Below are positions 50,665-62,041 of a stretch of DNA of 64,000 nt, one piece after another. The notes below the pieces were generated by a model that was not told the DNA's origin, did no database searches, and worked only from the letters and a program-made list of their open reading frames with translations. A program made the translations under genes and the position numbers. This DNA comes from Monocercomonoides exilis PA203 (Eukaryota; Protista; Preaxostyla). Location: positions 558,001-622,000 of the forward strand of contig LSRY02000032.1 in assembly GCA_001643675.2 (NCBI GenBank), in the 5' to 3' direction. Position 1 is the first letter of the stretch. Every line of letters begins with the position of its first letter.

Positions 50665-51330
50665 CGACATTGGTTTTTCCAATCAACCGACAATCATCGT
50701 TCAATTTTTCCTTGTCGCAAAGGCCAATTTCCAATATATTTTTTAATCAAATTTTTTGATTGAAAAAGTTTGAAAACAAAAATAATCACCCATCTTGAAA
50801 ATTTGTGATTCTTTTTTTATCATTTAAAAACATGACATACACAAATTAATCATTCTTTTTCAATGATAATATCAGGATTTCACATATGATAACATTATTT
50901 GAAAAAGTTATATTCCTTTTGTTTGAACAAAAAAATAGTGATTGATGTTTGGTTTTATTTGTGTAAAGTTGCAGCATTTTTGAAAAAAATAGCAATTTGT
51001 TTAAACTTTTTCTGCTCTTATATCTTTATTAATCTTTCATTCTTTTTCAAAAAACCACGAAAATAAAAAGAAATAGAGAAAAATTTTTGGAGAATACAGA
51101 GCGGAACAAGATTCAAAAGCAGAAAATATCGCCCATTTCTTGATTTGGATAATCGTAATTATGTGATATACTCTTGGTGGGAAACCCGGGAGGTCGTGGA
51201 AAAACCAGGTATGAAAGAATATTCTTTAACGTTAATTTCTTTCTTCGTTCTGGAACAATAATCTTAAAGAATTCCATTTGGATTACGTTCTTCAATTTTT
51301 AGAGTTTATATAAAAAAGAATAAACAAATA

Positions 51331-53012
51331 TCATAAACTTGTTTTTTTCATGTTCTCTGAATTTGAATCATCGTCAATAATTCTCCTTTTGAGTGAACTT
51401 TGCTTGGCTCTGATATCCTTTGATTCAGTTTTTTCGCTATTAAACACACAACTTATTTCATTTCCGTACATAAAATCATCATCTATCTTTTTTCTTCTTT
51501 GCCATTTTATCTTTTTCTTCACACAAATGTGTTCATTAATCGCCTTCTGTTCTTCTTTTTCATCTTCTTTGAAAACAGAACAGTTTTCTTTAATTTCTTC
51601 TGGCATCCTCACTTCAATCTTATGCCTTTCATCGCATTTCTCCTTCAGTTGACGAATTTTTTTGGACAAAAATCTTTGAAAAGACTTTGCTTCATGTTTT
51701 GAGAGGACTAATTCGATGACTTTGATTTTTTTTGAAGATTATGGAGCACTGCGCACTCGATGCAACGCATGTGCAGCAGCCATTGGATATGCACCTGTCT
51801 TCAGAAAAGCTGTTTTCACAACGGAAGGAGATGTTGCTGCTGACAAAGCTTTCGGTCAAACGTCTGGCAAAGCTTCATTGAATGAAGAAGTCGTGAAATT
51901 AACTGGTCTCAAAAAAGAGTTTTGCAGCACTTGCTTCAATCTGGAAAAGACGCAATTTCCACAGTGCATAAGGAGGTATGTCATGTGTGAGGAAAAATAT
52001 TCGATTATCACATTGTTCAGTTCCGCAAACTTTTTGATTTCAGAATTATGATGCGTTTGATTGTTGTCCAAAATAATGAGAGCTTTCATAGATATTGATA
52101 CTTTCAGTTTTTCGGGTATCATTGTGATCCACTCCAATGTCATTATATGTTGAAATATTTCAATTGAAATCCATCCAGATGTTGATCCCAAATAACTCAC
52201 ATAGAACGAAGAAAATAATGAAAATTCAGAATGTTTCTTTTTTTCGTGGATATATTATAAAGAATAAAAGAGATGACCAATCTACACAAATGAAAACACA
52301 AATTGTTGCATTTTCAGTTTAGGAAAAGTGACTGAGCAGGAGGTGATTAATTCTTTAAACAAATTACAAGTTTTGACGTACCATAACCAACTCCGATGGA
52401 AGATTCGTCGAAAATGAAGATATCTGTTGAATCATAATCATTGGATGTAATAACAGCAGACGTTTTTTCGAACCACACACGTATTGTTTCCTGGGATTTT
52501 GCGCAAATCTTTGCAATTTCCATTGGCCTTGATATGGAAGTTTTCAAAATGAAGCTTCTTTCAGTTAAATCATAAAATTTTAAAGAATTGACTTTCTTTT
52601 TTTTCTTCATTCTCTGCTTCAGAATCGATAACTTCTTGAATCTGAATAATCAGAATTCCAAAAGAATAAAATTAAAAAGTTTGTAAACCATCGATTTATT
52701 ATTTTTTAGTCGAATAATTTTTTGTTCAGACAATAAAGCGATTGTTTGATTCTCCACCTTTTCAAGTTGATTTTTGGTTATTATCATTGGTCGCCCAGCT
52801 TTTCCGACTTGACGCTTTGATTTGATCGCAGATATCCCTCTTGCCCACGCTCCTTTGGAAATTGCGTGCGATCACACGGAGACCTTCCACGATAATGAAT
52901 ATTTCTTCTTTGATTCAAATACTTTCTGCGAAGTTGATTAAAACGAACGATATTCTGAAGTTGATAATAGTCGATGAAGAGAATTTGAATATAATTTTTC
53001 TAATGATTCCAT
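51331..53012 (-). mobile_element. Decayed pogo/Tigger-like (DDE_1, CENP-B-like) transposase
   Basis: KAGRPMII (linker), IRVWFEK...DIFIFDESS (first D), SGWISIEIF, ALIILDNNQTH (second D), YFSSHMTYLLMHCGNCVFSRLK (decayed QPLD). Frameshifts present. Confidence 0.85.
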
Positions 53013-53536
53013 CATTATGTTTTTGATCAAAAAAAATGAATTGATCAAATTGCATAATCTGAAAAAATAGAAAGCATAAAATTTAACAATTTTTTTTGTA
53101 TAAAACCATCTTTCAAATTAATATCAGGTTTTTTTTAGTATTATTGTTATTCTTTTTCGTGGTTTTTGATTATTCTTCAGAAGAACTCTCAACTCAAAGC
53201 AAACATCTGTAACAAAAAATATTGAAACAGAATTCTATATATATCAAAAACAAAGCATTCATGAAGATAAAATTTCGGTTTCAAGTTGAACAAACATGTA
53301 TTTTATATTTTGAAAAGGTTTTGAAAAATACAAACTATCGACTTTTCCACAAACTCCCGCTTTTTCTCCCAAGTGAAACAAGCGCTTTTTTTCTTTAACT
53401 TCAAGTCAATTTGCCTCAAAGAATTTTTGAATTTTTATAAATAAAATTACATTGAAATTTGAATTAATTGTTTATCAAATTTGAACGATTAGTGATGTTC
53501 ATGAATGATCGACATCCATAATAAAAAATAGAATAA

Positions 53537-56500
53537 ATGATTATCTTTTTGTATTTGTTTTTTCTTACTATAAATGCATTTATAACACAACAAATACAGA
53601 AGGATAGGATATATAATTTAAGTTATAAAAATAATACAGGAGATAAAGTTTCATCTTTGTTCAATTCTTCGAATATTATTGCTGAAGACGAAATTGAACA
53701 TTTATTGAACAACAAAATTTTTGCGAACAGTTACGAAAAATTTAATTATGAGCATTTGCAATTTCCACAATTAACAACTATAAATTCTTCTTTTGCAAAA
53801 CAGACAACCTTTTTTGATTTGCATAATTCGTCTCTTTTCTTTTTTCATCAAAAAATGTTTCTTATTCCAGATACAACGTGCTGCATCAGCGATAGAACAT
53901 CTTATCTCAATTTGAGTGATTTTATCATTTCTATAGTTTCATCTCGGCAAACACCACTTTTCTTTGTTGATTGTCCTTTAATAATTTCGAACTTATCTTT
54001 GTTGGCAAGAAAGTCATGCCCAATATTAACATCTATTGTTTCCTCTTCATTAAACTTTGGAATTATAAGATTTCAACACTCAAATTTTCATTCGTTAAAA
54101 CTATCTGAAAGCACTTCTTTATTAGCAAGAGGAAATTACAATTTGATTTCTCTTTCCGAATGTATTTTTTCTAATATATCCTCAATTAAGTTTTATAATT
54201 GTTTTGATTGTACACAAAATAGTTGTAGCAGAACATTGGTTTATGAATCAAATATTTTTCAAACCACTGACAATGCTCTTGAAGGAGGAATAACAACAGC
54301 TTTTTACCATTGTAATGAATTCTTTTCTACGAACAACAGCTTTACAAAGGGCTACAATAATCAAAACGAGAACTACACAGATCCCCAACACATGTTTGAA
54401 GCTGCATCATTTTACAAAGATTCCTTCCTGTCTTGTGCTTCGTCCTCGTATGGAGGAGGCATCGGATGCCGGAATGCGGGAGTTGCTGTGCTTAACATTA
54501 CGGAATGTCAGTTTAATTCTTGTACTGCACATGAAAATGGAGGAGGCGTATATTGTTCGGCTCAGACGATTCTGATTGTCAAAGGCTGCATCTTTTCAAG
54601 CTGTGAAGCAGAGACAAACGGCGGTGCATGTGCAGTGTGGGATGTTGGAGAGAGCATTGTCCTAAGCGGATGTACAATAAAATACTGTTATGCTGGAGCT
54701 TCTGGAGGAGGGATGTATTTATATAACTTCAATCTCAACCAAAGCGACTCGATTGTCGGAGAAAGTGCTGTGATTGAATGCACCTGCAACACTAAGAATG
54801 GCGGAGGACTGTGCATGATGTATTCCCCTGCAAAATGCAACGTGAGAGAGCTCAACACACAAGATTGCATGTCAATCTCTGGGAAAGGCGGAGGCTGTTT
54901 CTTCATGATGCATGATACTTACCAGGCAAACTCATCAGAACGACTATTTTTTACATGTAATTTTCACAACAATACCGCATTTAATGACAATGGAAACGAT
55001 ATGTACTTGGAAGATTTCGACCAAAAAGTGACTAATAATCCCCTGTCTGAGTGCTACTCGACACGTTTTGAAAAGAGATTTGTGTCGAACGATGGATACA
55101 ACAGAGACCGCGATGACTGGCTGCCGTATGCTGTGCCTGAGCGACGCATAAACGTTGTCACTGGGTCGGATTCTTCTGTCGCCTGCGGTTCGTGGGTCGT
55201 CGGCTCGGTGCCTTGCAGAACGATCAAGTACAGTGTTGATGTTACATCTGACATCATCCCTGCTTTTCTCTATCTTCAAAATGGTGTTTTTGACATTGAA
55301 ACAGACAAAATAAACGTAAACCACAAAATCCTGTCTATTATAGGAATGACGCGCGAAACAGTTAATCTTCATGTACTCTACACTACTTCTTCTCCACCTC
55401 CCGTGGCAAATGCCAATTCCTTTTTTTATGTGGGCAACGGAACGCTAAAGCTTTCGTCAATGACTGTAACGCGTGTATCATCAACTTCATTTTCGCGAGG
55501 CCTCTCTTTGATAACCTGCGATGCTCCTTCTCCAACAGTGAGCGTTGCCTTGATCGCTTTGTCTGATCTCCTCATTCAAGCAGACGAGAATCACATTTCA
55601 ACAACAGATACAACTGAACCTTTCACTTCGCCTCTTGTGATGATGAAGAATGGCTTACTGCAAATAAACAACGTGAATGTTGAGCAAATAGCTTCATCTG
55701 CATCTCTTTTCTTGTACCAATCGACAATTGCAGCATTTGGACAAGCCAACAAAGCATCACCTTCACGAGTCACACCTTTCGGATGCTGCAGTATTTCCAA
55801 CGACGATCCAGGACCTGCTGCACATGTGAAAATTGAAGACTCAACTTTTTCTCGTCTCATATGCACTACATCTCAATCATCTGTTGCGTCAATACAAGTG
55901 TCGTCTTCCCATTCATCAACTAGCCTCAATAATTGCTGCACAAATAACAACAGTTTTGGCATTTCAAATGCCGATCCAATTCTCACACCCCCGTTTCGAA
56001 TTGATATGAAAAAGGTTAAAATATTGAACTGTCTCTCATCTTCCCCACTTGCGTGTGCAATTGACATAGCAAACAGCGATATAACTATTCAAAATTGCAA
56101 TCTTCTCATGCCTGCAAATCAGATTGTATCATCAACAGCAACTGGGCTTGCTTTAACGAATTGTAACGTTTCATTGTCTGACTCCGTCTTTTCTGGTGAT
56201 ACTGCACTTTCTTTTTATTCGGCAGCATCTTTTTCTTCTCTTCAATCTTTGCAAACAACCTCCTATTCAAATGACTATTCACTTATGTTTGAAGGCAATT
56301 CCAATGAAATGTGCTTCTGGAGCGGTTCTGTGCTTATGCTGGATGAATGCACGACTGTTGCCTCTAACGTGTCCTTTGCTAATTCATCACACGGTGGGCT
56401 GCTTGTGAAAGGAGGCAGTCTGACGATGACTGAAGCGCGATTCACCAACAACTCTCCACAAAGCCCCAATTTCCCCTCTGTGCGGCGCAACATCATCTGC

Positions 56501-57538
56501 AAAGACGCAGCGACTGTGGAGATTGAGCGGATCAGCAGCGGAGACGGCACTTCAGACAGCCCATCGATGTGGATGGCGAACGAAGGATGCACACTCATCG
56601 GCTTTCTCTCCAAGCGAGCTTCTCCTTCTTTCATTCCAACTCTCACAAACATTGAGTTTGTACAAGATTTTTCAAACTATTCAATAAGTGTGACGATTCA
56701 AGGAACTTTGCTTCTTCCGTGTAACACCTCATTTGGGGTGATTTATATCGATCCAAATGCACAAGCCATCTCTTTTCTGGATGAACTTCCATTTACCTCG
56801 AACACCAATGAAACTTATGCAACAGCAGTTTTCAGTGAGAATCTATTTGATTCTGCGAGCACAGACATTGTGTATGTGGTGGTGGTGTACTGGATGGACG
56901 ACAAGAACAAGCAGCTGACAGCCTCGTTCCCCATTGAGCGTGTGCCAGTGTACAAGCCAGAGAAGAAGAAGTGCTGCTGGTGGTGCTGGCTGCTTCTGCT
57001 GCTGCTCATATTGCTGATCATTCTGATAATCATCATCTGCTGCTGCTGTATCTACAAGAGGAAGAAGGAGAAAGAGAAAAGAGAGGAAGAAGAGCGACGG
57101 AAGCTGCTGCAGCTGGCGGACGAGGAAAGAGAGCGAAAGCTGATGTTTGCAGAAGACCCGCGCTATCGCGACCCGTCTGAAGAGTCGGCGTTGGAAAATG
57201 CGCGAGGCGACGATATCATTTCCCCTGCCATCCTGTTTGACGAGAAAGCTGAGACGTACTTCGATCTCCGGCAGTACGAGCCGCCGAAGCCCAACCCGCA
57301 CCTCCCCTCGCTGCTCATCTCTGCAACCACTTTCCGCCCGAATCCGGTTCGAACACCGCATACTGCCTCTTCTTACAGCTCTGTGGAGGAATTTGCTACC
57401 CCTTCGCAGAGAGACAGTGATGATGACAATGAAATGTTCAACACAGCCCGAATGCCAATTGACAGCTCCAACCTCGCTTTGCCACCGTCAGCTGTACAGT
57501 CGCCTTCACTTCCTCTTTTGGAGTCGGAGTTCTCTTGA
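53537..57538 (+). CDS. Type I single-pass surface protein with right-handed beta-helix (polymorphic-membrane-protein/pectin-lyase-like GG[AG][IVL] repeats)
   Basis: Signal peptide; repeated F.SC.A...GGG[IV]Y units; TM WLLLLLLILLIILIIIICCCCIY followed by KRKKEKEK; Pro/Ser-rich cytosolic tail; intronless. Confidence 0.85.
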   Translation: MIIFLYLFFLTINAFITQQIQKDRIYNLSYKNNTGDKVSSLFNSSNIIAEDEIEHLLNNKIFANSYEKFNYEHLQFPQLTTINSSFAKQTTFFDLHNSSLFFFHQKMFLIPDTTCCISDRTSYLNLSDFIISIVSSRQTPLFFVDCPLIISNLSLLARKSCPILTSIVSSSLNFGIIRFQHSNFHSLKLSESTSLLARGNYNLISLSECIFSNISSIKFYNCFDCTQNSCSRTLVYESNIFQTTDNALEGGITTAFYHCNEFFSTNNSFTKGYNNQNENYTDPQHMFEAASFYKDSFLSCASSSYGGGIGCRNAGVAVLNITECQFNSCTAHENGGGVYCSAQTILIVKGCIFSSCEAETNGGACAVWDVGESIVLSGCTIKYCYAGASGGGMYLYNFNLNQSDSIVGESAVIECTCNTKNGGGLCMMYSPAKCNVRELNTQDCMSISGKGGGCFFMMHDTYQANSSERLFFTCNFHNNTAFNDNGNDMYLEDFDQKVTNNPLSECYSTRFEKRFVSNDGYNRDRDDWLPYAVPERRINVVTGSDSSVACGSWVVGSVPCRTIKYSVDVTSDIIPAFLYLQNGVFDIETDKINVNHKILSIIGMTRETVNLHVLYTTSSPPPVANANSFFYVGNGTLKLSSMTVTRVSSTSFSRGLSLITCDAPSPTVSVALIALSDLLIQADENHISTTDTTEPFTSPLVMMKNGLLQINNVNVEQIASSASLFLYQSTIAAFGQANKASPSRVTPFGCCSISNDDPGPAAHVKIEDSTFSRLICTTSQSSVASIQVSSSHSSTSLNNCCTNNNSFGISNADPILTPPFRIDMKKVKILNCLSSSPLACAIDIANSDITIQNCNLLMPANQIVSSTATGLALTNCNVSLSDSVFSGDTALSFYSAASFSSLQSLQTTSYSNDYSLMFEGNSNEMCFWSGSVLMLDECTTVASNVSFANSSHGGLLVKGGSLTMTEARFTNNSPQSPNFPSVRRNIICKDAATVEIERISSGDGTSDSPSMWMANEGCTLIGFLSKRASPSFIPTLTNIEFVQDFSNYSISVTIQGTLLLPCNTSFGVIYIDPNAQAISFLDELPFTSNTNETYATAVFSENLFDSASTDIVYVVVVYWMDDKNKQLTASFPIERVPVYKPEKKKCCWWCWLLLLLLILLIILIIIICCCCIYKRKKEKEKREEEERRKLLQLADEERERKLMFAEDPRYRDPSEESALENARGDDIISPAILFDEKAETYFDLRQYEPPKPNPHLPSLLISATTFRPNPVRTPHTASSYSSVEEFATPSQRDSDDDNEMFNTARMPIDSSNLALPPSAVQSPSLPLLESEFS

Positions 57539-58325
57539 AGATGATGTTGCACTGTTCTGCTATTCTGAGCATTGAAACTTTGGATTTTATGGATTGATGG
57601 CATAGATTGTTTGTGCTCTTTATCTTTTTAACAATTTTAAGCAATCAATACATTATGCAAATATTTTTTGTTTCCTAGCTGAGCTATTTCCGATATATTT
57701 GTGTGTTGTTTTTTCTTTTAATTTATTGGTTTCCTTTCATTAAAATATTGATATTTTTATGTAATTAATCAGATATATGTAGTTGATTACAAAATTCTAT
57801 GTTTTTGTTTCTGGCATTATGTCTTTTTAATATTCGTACATGTGATTAATTATGTCATTACATCATTTATTTGTTTCCCATTAGCACCATCTTGCTTCTT
57901 GAATACTGAATTTGATGTTAGTGTTAATTAGCAACTTTTTCTTTCCTTTTTGTTTGAATCCTCATACAAATAAATCTGCATCTTTCAAGTTTAACGGGTT
58001 TTCTGACTTCCCTCCAATTTTTATCTTGCACCTCACGAATGTTACTCATTTTTTGTATATTTTAAGTTTCATAAATTCACGTTATTTCATAGTCTTAATT
58101 TTTGATCACATATTATTCTATTTATAAACTCATTTCACATTTTATTTTTCTTATCTTCATTTTTATTTTTTCATTATATTTAATATGTTATGTTTATGTT
58201 TTTTAACCTTTTAATACTTTTCTAATTATCAGAAAAAATGAAAACAGAACCCCCATTTTATAACGATCTTTCCCATATATTATTTATAAGTTTATTAATA
58301 AAAGAAAATAAAAAATATTTGAAAA

Positions 58326-61300
58326 ATGAATGATTCTGGTAAAGAAATTCAACTTGAAAAACAATTGACAGAAGAAACCTATGAATGTGTTATATGCACA
58401 GATGTTATTCGTAGAAGCGATCAAATTTGGAATTGTCATGTTTGCTTTCGTATGTATCATCTTGAATGCATACATGATTGGATCCTTACAGAACAAAAAT
58501 TACAGCAAAAGCGAGCTGCGGAAGCATTAGAACGAGGGTCTATGCCTTCGAATTCAGCAGAGGAAGGCGGATTATTGACTTTTGACGAACTTTACTCACA
58601 TGCTTCCGGTTCAGATTCATCCAATACAAAATTGGGCTTCTTTAGATGTCCATTTTGCAACAGTCCCCACACATACAATAAGGAGAAACAGCTTCCATAT
58701 TTGTGTTTTTGTGAAAAAATGGAAAATCCACCTATCACTGGCTCTTTGATCCCACATTCATGTGGTAAAGTTTGTGGAAAACCTCTTTCACAACGTTACG
58801 CAAGGGGCTCTTCAACAAGTCCTCCGCCATCTAATACACCTCCTCTTTCTTCATCTCCTCCTCCTTCTTCTTCGTCACCTCCACCTCTTGTTCCTCCTTG
58901 TCCTCACACATGCAAAGCCCTCTGCCATCCTGGACGATGCCCACCATGCTCAGAAATGGGTCCTGCTCGTCCGTGCTTTTGCGGAAAAACAAATGAGCAG
59001 CGTCCATGTGGAACTGATGAATACGGTTATTCATGCGGGAAAATTTGCGGTCGTAAATTGCCATGTGGAAAACACATCTGTCAGCGTATGTGCCACAGTG
59101 GAACGTGTGGTGAATGCTCAATAAAAGAAACCGCACATTGTTTTTGCGGTAAAGTATCCAAGTCTGATTTTCCCTGTGGAACAATTGATTCATATGCTCA
59201 TATTCATGGTTTATCAGCATCTTCATCTGAATCTTCGCAACCATTTTCTTTGAGTGCTTCTGCTAGCTCTTCAAGTCAATCATCTGTAACTACTTCTCCT
59301 TCTGAGGGAATCTTCAGCTGCGGATGCGACTGCGAGAGAGTTCTTCAGTGCAGACATCACTTCTGCCAGTCTGTGTGTCATTCTGGGCCGTGCGCTGTCT
59401 GCCTGCTGGATCCTTCTTCCCATCCCACATGCGGATGCGGGAAAATGACAGAAGAGGAAGTTCTGAACAGCACGAAGAGCAAAAATTGCCGTGCGGAGCT
59501 GCGCAACCAGAAGAAGAGAGAGTCGTGTCTCGAACCGTTTTTGTCCTGTGGCCAGCAGTGCAACTGTGCTGTGCCTATCTGCAGGCACCGGTGCACCCGC
59601 CTGTGCCATCAGACCATCGATCCAACAGCCAATGCCGTCGACTACTCGTCTTCTTCTGCCCCGCTTCTGTTTGCAGCGGCTGCTTCCACTGGCTTCTCTG
59701 AAGACAGCCTTTCCGCCATATCTGCCACTCACCCGTTCTACCGCTGTGGGCCATGCACTGAGATTATTGCTGTTGCATGTAGATGCAGAAGGGAGGTGCG
59801 GGTGATGCGCTGCTGCGACCTGGCGGCGCGGCAGCAGGAGATTGTGCGCGACTGCGAGGAGAACAACATCCGCATTCCGGACTTCTATGAAGAGATGATG
59901 GGAGATGCAACAATTACAAATGCTGTTATGAAGCTGATGGAAGAGAAACTGCTCACAGTTGACGAATGCTTCCCTTCTATTCTTCCAGAAGATGAGGGGC
60001 AACAGTCATCATCATCGTCTTCTTCTTCTTCTTCTTCATTAATCCCATCCTCCTCCTCTGTTCCATCATATGCCCAGTCATCCTCTCACCCACGTCCGAT
60101 GTTTTCCTTTCTTGTTCCTGACCTTCAAGCAGAGCTCCAAACAATTCTTGACTCGATCGACCGCACCGCTCTTCCAGTCGCTTTTACCTGCAAAAAAGTG
60201 TGCAATGCGCTGAAGAGCTGCAACAAGCACTACTGCCAAGTCAGCTGCTGTCCGGACTCCGCATTCACTTTGGGGCTTGAGGGAAAGTTCAGCGTCGACG
60301 GCGACGGAGCACCCAGCATGACGCACGAGTGCTTGCTCCCCTGCGGCAAGCTGCTCTCCTGCAAAAGGCACCCTTGCCCTTATCCCTGCCACATGGGGCC
60401 TTGTCCTCCGCACTGCAACCACGTCTCGGACGAGGAGTATGTGTGCCCTTGTGGGAAGACACGCAAGGCGCCACCTATCAGATGCGGTGCTCCGCTTCCC
60501 CAGTGTCCGCACCCTTGCACAGTCAAGCGCCCCTGCGGCCATCCCTCTGACCACCACTGCCACGACCTTATCGACCAGCCACACTGCCCGCCCTGCACAG
60601 CACTTGTGGACAAGATGTGTGCGGGAGGACACAAAGTGATGCATAACGTGCAGTGTGGGAAGAAAGCTTATTGTGACGAGCCGTGCGGGAAGCTGCTTGC
60701 GTGCAGAGTGCACAGGTGCCAGAGGAAGTGCCACAGCGGGGCATGTGGAAACGGGGTGGAGAATGAGAACAGGGGATATTACGGATATGGTTATTCAGGC
60801 ACAGATGATAATGGCGATGATGATGATGATAATGAAGAAAGGGAAGAAGAAGAAGGCAAAGAAGAAGCGAATGAGAGAGAAGATAGAAGAGCATCAAGAG
60901 CAACAGCACACTCATGGTATTTATCTTGCTTTGAAAAAGAGAACGAGAAGGAAGAACAAAAAATATACGACGATGATGAGGAATACGATGATAAGAAATT
61001 TGCAGAAGACGAAGATGGCGTTGATCAGGGATATATCGAAAAACTCACTGGAATTGAAACACAAGAAGAGATCGAGTCTATTAAGCGAAGCTATTACATC
61101 GAAAAAAGGAAGAAGGAGAAAGAAGCGAAAATACACAAGACAGCTTCAGGACAAACATCATCATCATCATCATCATCATATTTCTTATCCTCTTCCTCAT
61201 CCTCTTCGATTTCCAAGCGCAAGCCCATCACCCCGTGTGCCCAGATCTGCCACCAACCGCTTCTGGGGTGTGGCCACGCGTGCACCCAGATGTGCCATGC

Positions 61301-62006
61301 GCCTGATCCGTGTGAGCATCCCTCGCCTTGTCTGAAGGAGGTGGTTGTGCGGTGTGCGTGCGGCAACCAAGAGGAGATCAGCACATGCGACTGCTCTGTG
61401 GACAGGCCAATGGCGCGCTGGCGGGTGCTGAATTGCAACGAGGAGTGTAGAAAACTCACAAGAGACTTGAAGGAGGCGCTGGAGAATAAGACGTTTTGCT
61501 GCGTGTTGCCATCGCCTCTGCAGAAGAGAGAAGACGAGAAAAGAAGGAATGAGCAGAAGAGGAAGACTTTGGAAACAAACGGAACTTTCCGTCGTTCTGC
61601 TTTGTGTTATTCCTCCTCATCTCCGTCTTCATCCTCTTCTTCATCTGCTTCTTCGTCTGCTTCTTCGTCTGCTTCTTCGTCTGCTTCTTCATCTGCTTCT
61701 TTATCATCATCATCCTCTTCTTCCTCTTCTTCTGGCTACACCTCTTCCTACACTCCATATTCCTATCCATACACATCCAGCTCTTCATCTTCATCATCTT
61801 CATCTTCTTCATCTTCATCTTCGTCTTCTGACTCATCTTCTAATACATCTTCTGACTCATCTTCTTCGAATTGGAATACGTATTCTTGTTATTCATATTA
61901 CTCGAGCTATTTCAGCAATTATAAGGGGTACTCCCCATATTCCTCCTCCTCCTCCTCTTCTTCCTCTTCTTCCTCTTCTTCCTCTTCCCCATATTCCTCC
62001 TCCTCC

Positions 62007-62041
<35 letters not shown>

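Noticed and set aside
50511-50759. 82-aa poly-Lys ORF
   Set aside because: Artefact of the poly(A) tract.
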